DNA from: the human T2T-CHM13v2.0 reference genome, Homo sapiens
Direction: 5' to 3' (one strand)
Length of the DNA stretch: 64,000 nucleotides
NCBI RefSeq assembly: GCF_009914755.1
Contig: NC_060934.1
The translations under genes were made by a program, and so were the position numbers. Shown here one piece after another: positions 37,233 to 50,066 of this stretch. Position 1 is the first letter of the stretch, and every line of letters begins with the position of its first letter. The notes under the pieces are model-generated. The model did no database searches, was not told where the DNA came from, and saw only the letters and a program-made list of their open reading frames with translations.

Positions 37233-40200
37233 CAAAGATACCTAAAAGGGATGCACAATATTATTTTAGTGTTGCATAAAAGATTTTAAATTATTGGTTG
37301 AAGGAATTTGGCACACTTGTCAAAATAAGCAATATGTATTGTGATTAATTTGATTTTAACAAGAGCACCAGGTTTTTAAATTTGGCCTCTTCGATCATAT
37401 TTGTTTCTTTCCTCTATCTCCCCTTTGTCAATCCTTAAAGTGAATTACAATAATATTATTATTTAATATAGTTATTTAATATAGTGTATGCCAAGTGTGT
37501 ATGGCCCAGTACAGGGTGGATAGTTTCTTTATAAATGTTTGAGAGAGAAAACATTCATTCTTTCCTTACATTACTCATATAATATATAAAAAACCCAACG
37601 CTTAGAGACATAAAGTAATTGCCCAAGCACCAACAGCTTATAAAAATATTCGTAAGCCCACAGCTCATGTCTATTGAATCTTGGTTTAATGCAACTGTTA
37701 TATAGTATTTTCAGTTCTTAACACAATTATTGGGATGAATTTTATTGTTTATTTGCTTTTAGGATCCATAATGGTCAAATGAACTGATCATGATCACATG
37801 TTTATTCACTGACATCTACAATTTCAATTTGACTTGTTGGCTTTAAATCTTGTATTTGACTAAATGCTCCTTTTAGACATCATTTTTAAAGGCTATATAA
37901 TGTTCTTCCAGGTATATGTACCAGAGTTGTCAAACCATGTTTCTGTCTGGAGAATTTCAACACCTTTTAGTTTCTTAGTAAACCACAGTTGCTAATTATA
38001 AGAATGAATGAAATATTTCCCTTCCCCCACCTCTGTTTTATGTGTGTGGTGGGGGAAGGGGAGTATTTGTCAACATCTGTCAATTTACAATTAGCTTTTG
38101 TTTTTTCCGCTTTTTAATGAGACCTCCAATTAGCCATGTATCTATCATAAGTTTGTCTTGTATTTTTCTTTGTACTCACTTTCTAATTTTGCCATTTTTC
38201 TCTACTAGATAATCATATTAACTATTTAGTTTGTATGTCTTCAACCTCAAATAATAGAAAATATTCTCAGAAATTCTAGTTGTAATGAAAGGCTAGTCAG
38301 AATATTTTTCCCTTAAATCTGTTCTTAGGTTATTAGAATGCCCCAACTAAATCCATGGCTTATCTCATTGAGGACTTGTTGACTCACTTTTATCCTAAAA
38401 GCGTAAGCTCCCAAATTTCTGTGTTGGGAATATTTTGGTGGAGAATGAGCCTGGAAGTTGTACCGTGTGTTGTTAGGGGGACACCTAGGGAATGATAAAA
38501 ATTAAAGAACCACAATTCCATATTCACATGTATTCATTTTAAAGGAAAGTAAAAATAACTTAGGCTGCTGAAAATGAAAACCACTGATAGTTTTCTTTTG
38601 TGGAATAATCTTTTATTTTGCTTCTTTTGATGGCAAATAACCAAAGCCCTGGAAGCTAGCACAAATAAAGTTAATTCACTCCAATCATCACAATGGAGCA
38701 AAAACCAGAATTTCATGAAAATCCAAGGAAGAGGTATAATGAAGATGTATCTCACTGACACTGAAGCTGTATGATAGTCTCAAGTTTAGAAAATTCTAGA
38801 AGACTGCACTAGCAAAGATTAAGGTTTAACACTAGTATTGTTGCATTTATGTGATACATTTCATATTCACTGGTTGGAATAAATGGCACTAGAGAGAAGA
38901 AAAGCAATACTCATTTTCAGTTAAAATCCAGCACTTGCTTTTTTAGTCAAGTCTATCCCCAGTTAGAACACAAAATACCAAAGAAGCGCTTATTTGACTC
39001 ATCAAGAAACAAGAGCTTAATGCCTTTAAATATGAGTGAGATTAAAAAAACTTTTTACATAATCAAAGGCTAACGAATGATTATCTTTTGAGGATTCTTT
39101 TGGAAATCATTGAAATGACAAATCATTCTGCTAAAAAGGAATATTAAAGATATTTATTTCTGAATGATAAGGAATGTCATTGATAGATTTATTTTAACCC
39201 ATTTTTATTTGGTGCATTAAACTTTCAAAGTTCTCATTTAACTTTGTAGTTCTTAAACTCAGACCAATTTTTCATGTAAGTGTAACATTGATATTGTTTT
39301 ATTTTAAACATGCATCTTTCCTTTATGTAAATCTGAGACTTTTTAAAATATAGGTATGAAAAAAATCAGTAATTTATCCTTCATATAGAATAGTCTTCTT
39401 TTTAGTCTTTTACACTTGCCATGGTATTCTTATTGTGTTTTCTTATTCTGTCTTCAATGAAGCCTCTAGACTTCAAGTCCTAGATCACTAGTGTGAGTAG
39501 AGTGGCAATGAGGAAATGAAAAGGAGTGGACAGTCATTAGGTTGAAATCACCTATTAGAAGTGAACTTTCCAATGTGTTTCAAGGCTTGAGTGATGTGAC
39601 TGAGACTTCAAGACACTACACCACATCAAGAAAGTATTTTTCTTCTAAGGTGGAACTCAAGGATCTTATCTTTAAGAGTAATAGCTTTCAGAAGCATTCT
39701 ATAGATATTAGCCTTCCTAAGCTCTGAAAACTGACATTTATTGGCTTTCTTTACATCTTAAATATTTCAAGAGGTAATTGGAATATCCCTTAAGGAAAAC
39801 ATAATGGGTCCACTTAAGCTGATTTGCTTTGCTGGATGTATGTAGCTATAGATTATTACTTTTATAATAAAACGATGCTTTCATTACACTTGTATTTCAG
39901 TGCTATCAGAGCCTACTCATCTGACTGTGAGAATGCTGAAAGGTAGAATTCATATATCAATGACACATTCTGTTCCAAATTACACAAATACGTTATTACA
40001 CAGAAAAGCAAAATGGTTTCGTTAGCAAGATGGGACTATAACCTCTGTGTTTTTTAATGTTTTCAGTAATTTGGTCATTTCTGAAAGCTCCTCCAGACAC
40101 ATTCTAGATCCCATGAACACAATGGCAAGTGCCATGGTGGGTACCCTAGACCTGCTCATTCTAAGTAAATTCTGGTATGTCATACTTTGACTACAGGAAG

Positions 40201-40684
40201 CAGTTGGCTTTCAAATTCCCCCTTATACCTTATTGCTTTTCATCTTGCTCTAATAGTTGTAAAATATATTATGTTCATCTCCATAAGAATATAATTGAGA
40301 CTACCATCTTACTATTTAAGGAGACCTAGGAATTTAAAATGGTTTTATCTAGAAATTCAAAGAATCAAGCTCAGGTACAATGTCAGACTCAGGTAAAATA
40401 AACTGTTTTTTAGTGGCTTATCATAATTCGGCTACAGACTTGACATTTATTCTAGTTGCTTTTAATGTTGACCTTTCTAAAATTCATGTTCTAGCTGTGC
40501 TAATGGATGTTTCAAAACATATGAGTACAGCTCAGGGAAGCTGATGGACTTTATTTCTTAAAGGTGTTACAGTCTCTTTTGACTTAAAAAAAAAGTTTTA
40601 AAAGAGAAGTCTGACCTTTTCCTCCTTCTTCAGGTGGAATTCCTAATTTTTCCTAATTCTTCAGGTAGAATGCTGTGTCTGAGA

Positions 40685-40686
<2 letters not shown>

Positions 40687-40721
<35 letters not shown>
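40687..40721. repeat. (GT)17 microsatellite
   Basis: Perfect dinucleotide run. Confidence 0.95.
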
Positions 40722-40722
<1 letters not shown>

Positions 40723-41459
40723 ATTAGTGCATAGGCTAAAATGTGGCAGGGAAAGAAGCCAAAATGACATAGCTGCTTTTATCAAAAGATATAAAATGAT
40801 CTTTTATAGCTTGTTGTTCTTATATGCCCTTACAGTTTATATTGTGTTAAAATCATATTAAAGATGTATATTATATACATATATTTATTTTATGTATGTA
40901 TACATACATAATTATATATATATACACACACACACTTCACCTAGTATATATCGCCTAGTAAATGCCAAAATGAAAAGTTCAGGCTGTCTTAAATAACAAT
41001 GAAGCCAGGGATCTCACTGCTGTCCATAGCTCATCAGGAGGTCAGGCACTGTAAACTGCGCCTCCAGAAGTAGGTGATATTTTCAAAACTGTGTGCTTCC
41101 ATTGATAACAGCTCCTTTGAAAAATAAACAACATATTCATAAAAGTAAATGTAGAAACTAACAAGACAGATATTTTACTCATTTCATAACTACAGAAAAA
41201 GTTTGAATTTTACATGCCAATGCTCCATTTATTGAAGTAGGAAACTGGAAGCATGTCTATCGTAAAAAACCGTTGTAGAGCTTTTAAAAAAGAGGAACTT
41301 ATACTACTATAGTATAACATGATACATAACTAGCAAATGCTCCTTTTCATAGACTTATTTTTATTTTGCTATGAAAACTTCTTTATGCATAACAATAACT
41401 TAATTTTTTGACTACTTGGCGTGCTGTCCATGTATTTTCTCATGTAAAATTTCAATAGA

Positions 41460-41600
41460 AGCTTCATTTTACAAATGAGGGAACTAAGAAACAGGGAGAA
41501 TAGTAAGTTTTCCAAAGTCACGTGGCTGATAATTAAAAAAACAATTTTCAGCATACCTGCTGATCTAGAGCCCTATGTCTAACTGCTACTATGTATGAGG
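41460..41600 (-). mobile_element. MIR SINE
   Basis: CATTTTACAAATGAGGGAACTAAG..AAGTTTTCCAAAGTCACGTGGCT. Confidence 0.6.
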
Positions 41601-42599
41601 CTTCTGTGGGGAATAGAGTGTGTCTTACTAAACACTTTTTGATCAATCACTCAAAGTTTAAAAAACAAAGAAACAGCTCATTTTTAAAAAATACCCCAGA
41701 TAGAAATATTTTAACCACATTTAGATATACAGTAGGAGTCTAAAGAATGGATTAGAATCAAATGCTTTTCTGGTCTAATTAAATAACAGCATTATGAAAG
41801 AAAAGCTGGGCTTTCCTTAAGTATGTACTTAAGAGCACATAGTTGTTCATAATCAGCTTAGTTATCATCAAGATGGAAACTTAACTATTATGTTATTAGG
41901 CATAATTTAGTGGTTTGAATTTTCCTTCCTATAATCATTTTGTAAAACAGTCTGCCAAAGTGCAAATTGCTTTGTTTTGCTGGTAGGCAATTTGGGGCTA
42001 AAGGAAGCTCCTTAATATGCCAAACGTTGGCATGTTGGTCAGCTCTTTAGTTGGTGAATAAATGATGAAATTGTAGGGAACATTTTTATGTTTAATTTGA
42101 ATGCAAATTTTACTAATCTAACTCTCTGGCTTGTAAAATGTTTTTGAATTTGTTGGGTAGGTTTCCATGCATGTGGCTCCATTTGCACACAGCTATGCAT
42201 TTCATTTACTTTTGATCCGTTCTCTTCTAGCTAAATATTTTGAAGCTTGTCTCTTGATGGAAGTTAGGGAGAAATGAAACTTGAAGAACAGCAACATTGT
42301 TTGGTGAGCTTAAATTTAGATGACATCTTCTGATTAGATAATGAGGTCAGGGACCCACCAGTGGAATCTTGACTTGGGGGTGACATGACTGTGTCACTCT
42401 AGAGATAGAGTGTGGGGAAATAATTTGCTTTTTCTGAGTTTCATCTTCTTTACCATCAGTTGGAGTGTGATGAGATTGATGTGAATGAAGTGATATCTAA
42501 AGTTCCATTATACTGCAGTTCTGTTATTTTTATGTGGTTCTACCTTCTAAAGTTATTTTCCTTTTTTAAAAAGTGAGATTTGAGATTCTGCATCTATAC

Positions 42600-43140
42600 A
42601 GTTTACCTATGAAACTGAGTAAGGATTCCTTCATCAGTTTGACTCTTTTTGGTGCCCAGGAAAATAAGATAGATGGTAAACCAGTAAATATCTTGTTTGC
42701 TGCAATAACTTGCTAAAAATCAATGTATACAGGAAATAGGCTGCTCAAATACTTCTCTTTTTCAAGACAATAGCTGTTCATTTGGGCAAGCAGCCTCTTT
42801 CTTAGAGCAATAAATTGCTCTAATAGGCAAACTGTTTGATTATCAAGGAGTTGTCTTTCTTTTTAAGACTTACCAATATCCTCACCTCACTGTGTTAACT
42901 AATCCCAAACTATTGTATCACGATTTTGCCAAATCCCAATCAGATATCCATTGACAAGCCAACTTAAACCACTATAGGTTAATCCTCAAACCCTATAAAT
43001 ATTTGTCCCCTAACCCCTATTCCTTTTGAAATCTAAGACTCTGTTTAGGTGGTATTGTTATTTACTGTAGTAGGTATTAAACCCAACTTCACATGATTAT
43101 CAGATGTTTTTGTGGTCTCCTTGGAAGTTGGCAGTCAAAA
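42600..43140 (+). mobile_element. Old ERV1-type LTR (MER90/MER110-like, uncertain)
   Basis: CCTCACTGTG..AATCCCAAACTATT..CCAAATCCCAATCA..CTATAAATA..CTAAGACTCTGT..GGTGGT..ATTAAA. Boundaries are approximate. Confidence 0.4.
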
Positions 43141-43685
43141 TTATTACCGTTTCTATTTTACAGATAAGTTATTTGATGCGGAAGAGTTAATGACTTGCTC
43201 ATGAAAGCACAAACGATCAGGACAATGCTTGTACAAACACTGGGTTTCCTGATTCTTATCTCACTGTTTTTGGGGCATTTAGTAGCATTATGAACAACAT
43301 TTCTTTATGGCTTTTAGTAGTTCAACAGTAAAATCATGACTTAGATGGAAAATTTGAGATAACTGATTTTATATTGAGGCTAAAAAAATAGTATCACGCT
43401 CTGTTGAGGTGCTAAAACTCATGCCAGTTCTGTTAGTCAACACAAAGTCACCCAGTTGATACTTTAACCATCACCTACACAGCACTGTTCTAAATGCTTT
43501 ATAAATATGATCTTATTTAATTTTCATAAATGACAATGAGGTATATCCTGTAATTGTTCTAACTTCACTGTTGACAAAACTGAGAGATGCAGTACCACAG
43601 CTAATACAGAACAATCTCCAAATTTCTAATCAAGCCATCTAGGCCCAGAGTCTATGCTTTTAATCATTACTCTGTGCTGCCTAGT
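43140..43685 (-). mobile_element. Cluster of MIR fragments
   Basis: TATTTTACAGATAAG..TGACTTGCTCA (~43155) and CACTGTTCTAAATGCTTTA..TCTTATTTAATTTTCATA..AAAACTGAG (~43485-43590). Confidence 0.55.
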
Positions 43686-46600
43686 CTAATCATAGATCAT
43701 ATAAAACTTTTCATTGAAAAGTTCCAGACCCTAAAATTGTGTTTTTCTGTCTTCTTATTATTTATAGGAAGGTGATTTAAATTGCAGGAGGGTTTCATAG
43801 TGAACTCCATGATGTCAAAGATAATACTTACTTCAAAAATATTATCTATGTAGGTGCCAGAATTTCTACTGTTAATTTTTCCTTGGTATTATGGCTTTCC
43901 AAAATGTTAACATGAATGAGTTTATGAGATAAACTTGCTTCATGTAGTACAGACAACAAAGTATTTATAGGGAAAGTAATCTAGAAAAAAAAAAAGGAAA
44001 ACTGTAAGAAAAGTAAGGTTTACCTCCTGCATCACATTCATGAGGGTTTTCTCCTTCTTTGACAAATTCTTTATCTTGAACATTTCCCGTTGACTAGACC
44101 TTTTCCCCTCTTTTCAAAACTGAGGGTGTGAGCTTTCAAATCAGGCAGGTGGAACCAAAGAATGTATTAATGGCCCAATCCCACATTTCTCCTTCTGGCT
44201 TACAGGGAAATGAAACAAGCCTATGGAGAAGTGGTAGTGAGCTGCCTCATCTTCCCACTCTGAATCTGTTTGGCTGCAATCAGTCTACTCACTGGGCATA
44301 TTTCTGGATCAATTTTAGAACATATTCAAACACTGTTCAGCAGAGAGGTCTTCTACAAGTCCTACTTTCCCTGTGTCTCATTTATTCTATAGTGTCATTA
44401 GTAAATGTTTAACCTGGCTGTGGTATTTACTGAGGCCGCCTGTGGTCAAAAGAACAAGAGAGAAGTTGCTGAAGATAGTGATGATTCTGGACAAGTTAAT
44501 TTGTCTCCAACCTGCTCATATTTTAGGGTTTGTGAAGCTATCTTATCATATATTTTTGTAACATATATGCTCTTTTGTTTTTGTTGCTTTTATTTGTTTT
44601 GTTTTCTTTTGCAACTTTAGTTCTGTTTTTATGGGGGAGGGGGTTGGAGAGATAAACCAAACTTGCCTGCCTTTTATCCAGTCCCCCAAAAGTATTCAGT
44701 AGACCTTGTAATGTGTGCATCAGGCTATAGTTTTCTATTAGCCTTTCCCTTGCCCTGCACAACACAGAGCCAATCAAGAGGTGCAACCCCACATCTTGTG
44801 AGCCTCCATCCCTCGACAATACTCCAGCCACACTAGTCTTTTGGTTTGTTGAACATGCTAAATTCTCTATTATGTCAGGGCCTCTCCTCATGTTTTTCCA
44901 TACTTTTTTTTTTACTTTTTTCCCCCTAACCCTTCACATGATGATGGTCTCTCAGTCATTTCCCTGGGTGTTTGCTTTCCATTGCAAGAGGCTCTTCGCC
45001 ATTACCAGAAATCTGTGGGCACCAAACCACAAACACATCCAACAAGATGAGATTTGTCTTACTGCAACTTTAGAAACCACCGAAAACTTATCTAGAAGAG
45101 AACCTTTAGTTTCAAATACCACCTGACAACTTTATCCTAGAAGGTAAAATGAAGGATCCAAGACTGACTGAGTAAAGACCACAGCAAAGTCTTTAAGAAA
45201 TTGCATGAAGCACAGGAAACATAATAGGAATACTGGCAAAAATTGGGCAACTGCTAAACTTACACTTACTGTAGGAGGGCAAAGATCCTTACTTTGTTTA
45301 CAGTTGTAGTTTGGCAATGCCTAGCATAAAAGCCCTCCTTCACTTTATCATACCTTATGTCCCATGAACTTTTCATATAGTTCCCTAGGATATATATAAA
45401 AGCCTAGTAAATATATAGGTAAAAACTTATGGATTTGTACATCTCTGGGAGTTGTGGGGATTATGAATAAAATAATCATTCCTCCTTAATGGTAAATATG
45501 ATGTGAAAAATTCTAAAACCTTAAAACTGAATTAATAATGTACAGTTTTTACTTTTCGAATGCTTGTCTCCTTTCAGTTATAATACTCTATTTACAGTGA
45601 CTTATCATATTTTAATAATGTCCAGTATATTTAAATCTCAAAATTTATATTTTACCTTGTTTTCTCTTACTGTTTCTGCTTTCAGAATGTGAACACTTGT
45701 TGAAATTAAACTAGAGGCTTATTTACTTGTCAGTAGGAAGGCCTCCTAGCTGAATTGGTTCAAAACAATTTCTGGAAAGGTAGGTGGGTGCAGAAGTGGG
45801 ATCTTGAGTTCTACTCTTGGAATCCACAGAACAGTTGTGTAAAGAAGTGAGGTGAAGTCTCTCAGCTTCTGGCTGGTGCATACTCTCGTCATGTCTTCCC
45901 GCATGTAGATATTTCAGTAAATGGCAGAAACCATGTTTCAAAGTATTAATAGTCCACAACCTAATTTTCATCATATTGGCTGGCTTCTTCTCATTCTTCA
46001 GGTTTTAGTCCATTCTTCAGGTTCTTCCTCAGCAAGATCTTCCCTTACCTAACTTCAATCCAAAATATTTGTTGCCAAATAATCAATTAATTTATTCATT
46101 ATAGCTTTATTCATTTGTAGTTTATCTACTATACTATATCATCCAGGAGAGCAAAAGTCTGTTTTTTTTTTCTGTTTCATTATATCTCTAGCACTGATAC
46201 TAGGGAAGCTGAATAAATTATTAGGAGAACACCAAATGTAAGCCTTGATATTTTTAGCCCAAATCTGACATCCAGCTTCAGCTTCAAATTCACCCTTAAT
46301 ATATACAACTTTTATTGGTCAAATATACCTCCATAAAGCTGGAAAGAAAAATGAGAAATTCAGCCTTAGGCTGAGGAAGGCTGAAGAGCTAAATGACAAA
46401 CCTTCTGTATCATTTTTCACATCCTTAAATTTGTTCAAGATAATGATAGTTTGATCATGTAGATTAACATGCTACTTAATTGGCATTATTTAGACAGTGA
46501 CAAATAGGCCATTTTTATGTCAGTTGCTGTTTTCAGGAAATACATTCTTTATTTTGAGAAATTAATATCTTTGGATGACATATCACATTGCCTGAGCACC

Positions 46601-48011
46601 TAGGGGCCATTCTTTTATACTTCTCTGGATATTTAATTACTTCAGTTCATGTAAAGTTTTTCTACCAATTTTTACCTCACAATCTTCAGTGTCCTGCTTA
46701 TAGTTGGAGTACAAATATGAATTATTCTCCATTTGCCTCTGAATTCCAGCAAGCTGATTTATACATATTTGGATACATTAAGTTTGGGCTGGGGTTCAGG
46801 AATATGCCTTTTTAATATGCACCACACAGTGGCTTCTCATGAAGAACTTTTGGGTGATGACTGGCTGCTGTTAATACTTATCTGACTTTTTTTAATTTTT
46901 AAAGTATTAATTTTATTCATCTAGAGAGGGGTCCTATTATCAACAATAAGTCTCAGTCACCAGTTATTCCATTTGCTCAAAAACAATCACGGGAAAAGTT
47001 TCTTGTGTGGAGCCTCAATTCAGGAAAGGCCAGGTTTTCAAACAAGGGCAAATGTGTGTTTGAACTGGCAATCTGAGTTGTTTTCATGGATCCAACCTGA
47101 ACGGATAATAGCAATATGATTATGATTATCATAATAGGTTGGCAATCATCCTCGATGTGTAAGCTATGTGGGAGGCCATAGTTTCATAATTCAGGAAGAA
47201 ATAGGGTTTGTGATCAGATTGAGTGGGATAAAACATGTTATACACGACTGCAAATAGGCAATTGATTTCAGAGGCAATTGGTACTACAACCTGCAGATGG
47301 TTATTATTCCAGGGCAAGAACTGCCTGCCTTCTGCCATGGATTTAAGCAGCCATGAACATATGGCTAAAGACCACTAGTTCCCATTGTTCCCCTGACAAG
47401 ACACAGTGCTGAGTAGAGATAATTGCCCTGGAAGTCTAGTTCCTTTGCAGGTTTTTTGTGGTTAAGACTGATCATTAATGACATTGCCCAAATTATCTCC
47501 AGCTTCTACTCTTGCCTCCTCAGTATTGCATCTTATATTGAATAAGTCAATGCCTAATGACTGTACTATTATTCGTTTTCAAGAAGTTGAACCAAAAATA
47601 CTTTGCCATTAATAATTAATAATGTTTCCTGCCAACTACTTTCTTATTTGGCTTAGTTTCAAATTCACTAAAAACTGCCACTTCTCTGAATTCATAGCTC
47701 TAAATTTTATGAAAAACATGTTTGAAAATTGTTACCAGCTTAGCCTTACATCAAAAAAACAAAAATTATCTATATGAAAATGAGTCACTAATGAGTATGG
47801 AAGTCTGGAAAAATAGTAGGACAGAAAACTGAGAACCATAAATGTGTAGAAAGTAGGTCTGGATAAATTCTAAATTTTTTTTCCGTTCATACATTCTATA
47901 ATACTGTGATTGTAGGACTTGATTGCTTTCTGTTTTGCTTGTTAGTAACCTAAATTTTCGTATCATATCATATGCTTATCAAAGCAGGCCTAAGTAAAAT
48001 TTCTTTGTTAT

Positions 48012-48701
48012 TGTAACGCCAAAGGTTCTTGCCTTAGCCACGCCAAAGATTTGGTGTGGCGGCAGCCCTCGTTGAGAGAGACACGGATCGGACCGAGAGA
48101 AAAAAATGCTGTAGGCTTTATTGAGCAGAGTGACAGTACAAAGCTTCCACAGCGTGGAAGGGGTCCCGAACAGTGTTAGATTCTTTGACCATCTTTTAAA
48201 CTCTTTAACGCAGGAAATACGTGCGGTGGGAAGATGTTACCAGAGCGAGAAACAAATACAATTAACATGTCTCAGATCTTGAGGAAAACTGGAATTGTAA
48301 CTTAAGTTTTATCTACTTTATGACCTTGCAGCGGCATGGCAAAGGAGACAGGATCTCACAGGATTTTACAAACTGTGTATAAAAGGAATTGGAATTGGGA
48401 GGATAGATAAGGTCTGCTGGTCACAGAAAAATGGGCCTAAAATTCCTTTTAGTTTCAGGGGAGGGGGAAGGGAGAGAGGGAGAGAGGACACAGAGAAGCT
48501 TACAACAAAATTTTTGCTGTTTATAGCCTTCTTGGGGAAGAAAACACATGAACAAATCCTGGTGTTAGGAATATTTTAAGCATGTATCTTTCAATATTAT
48601 TCATCCAGGACCAAAGTAAGTCCTGATGCAGGAAATACGTGAGTTTCACAGCTCTCTGAGCCCCTACTCGACCCAGGAAGCCCAGCTGGCACCTCCTGTC
48701 A
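48012..48701 (-). mobile_element. LTR30 (HERV30, HERV9-related) solo LTR
   Basis: Minus strand starts TGACAGGAGGTGCCAGCTGGGCTTCCTGGGTCGAGTAGGGGCTCAG and ends ..GGCGTTACA. Minus-strand AATAAA at 48117-48122. Imperfect 4-bp TSD TTAT/TTGT. Confidence 0.82.
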
Positions 48702-48822
48702 TTGTGTGCTTTTTCTAATGCCTATTATTGACTAGATAATTCAATCAGGAAAAGCAATCCTTTGTTTCTGCTGAGCTATATTCTTTTTTATTGGTTCTGA
48801 TCTGAAGGACCAAAATAAATTC

Positions 48823-48846
48823 TTTTTTTTTTTTTTTTTTTTTTTT
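48823..48846. repeat. Poly(T) tract
   Basis: About 24 consecutive T with no adjacent Alu or L1 body. Confidence 0.85.
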
Positions 48847-49312
48847 GCTTCCTGCCAGTTGTTTTACTTTATTTTCCATTTGATTCAACACATTCTTGAA
48901 TTAATTTCTTCTTCGGTCTGTTTGGTGCATTCTGCTCTGATCCTCTATTTCTTGAAAATTTTTAAGCAGGTAACAACTGAAAAAGGAAGTTCATGATTTA
49001 CATCTATCGCCTGTACCTCAGAATTTTACCATCTACTATTTTCTCATTGCATCGTGTAGTCGAAGCCTTCCTGACATCAAGGCTGGTACCACCAGTGTTT
49101 CTGAATCATAGGATTTGCTCCAGTCCTCTCATATAGACTGAACAGGAAATCCTTACAAAGTCTTCACTGCTTCTTATATTCTCTTGCTGGGGACAACTTA
49201 AGTGTGAATGTGGTCAGTTTCCTGAGTACAAATGTGCTGTCAAAACTCAATTATAAAAGATGAATACCTGATTTCAACCTATATCCCTTCCCCACCCCAA
49301 TACTGTTTTAAT

Positions 49313-50066
49313 TGAAAACACCTTTGCAAAAATTTTAACAGTGAGGAAATCATGACAATGAAAGAGATCTTACTGAACTGACTCTTTCTCCTAACCTCTG
49401 AGTTGCCCCTTGTTCATTCCTGAACATGGGCACATGGGCTGAACTAAGTTTGAGAGAACCTTAGTTTATAGTTGAACTTTGAAACACATATGGTAACAGC
49501 CCTTTCCTGAAACAAACTCCGTTTCCTGAAACAAACTCCCTTGTTTCCTGGGGACCAGATTGTCTTTGTAAGACTAACAAATTAGCCACAAGATTAGAAA
49601 TTACAGTTTAGAAGTCATGTAGCCAGAGGCCACAAGATTCTAATCTCCTCAGTTGCTACTAGACATAACATCACTATTGCAAAACCTAAGATGGGTGCTT
49701 GAGATTTTTTAGACTCTGCATTCTGATGCATTAGCTGGCATCACCCAAAGCCAGTCATCTGACTCAACCAGTTCTGGGATTCCATCCAGGAACAGAAGAC
49801 AGCAAAAAGAACCCACTTTGGCTCCCTATGACTTCATTTCTGAGACAACCCATCAGCACTCCCCACTCCTTGGCTCCCTACCTGCCAAACTATCCTTAAA
49901 AACCCCAGTCTCCAAATTTTCAGAGAGACTGGTTTGAGTCATAAAGCTCTGGTCTTCTGTTCAGCCAACTCTTCATGAGTTAAACTCTTTCTCCATTGCA
50001 ATTCGTTTGTCTTGATAAATTGGCTCTATCTGGGCAGCAGGCAAAGAGAACCAATTGGGCAGTTAA
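49313..50066 (+). mobile_element. LTR8/LTR8A-like solo LTR
   Basis: TGAAAACACCTTTGCAAAAATTTTAACAGTGAGGAAATCATGACAATGAAAGAGATC...GTCTTGATAAATTGGCTCTATCTGGGCAGCAGGCAA. Homologous to 27319-28044. Confidence 0.8.

Noticed and set aside
42017-42033. Small inverted repeats (ATGCCAA-ACG-TTGGCAT; also GATGAAG-N5-CTTCATC at ~36850)
   Set aside because: 7-bp stems are expected many times by chance in a window this size.
44373-44620. ORF/exon candidate with an acidic peptide (EVAEDSDDSG) after an acceptor-like site
   Set aside because: No convincing donor and no recognisable homology; the ORF runs into a T-rich low-complexity tail.
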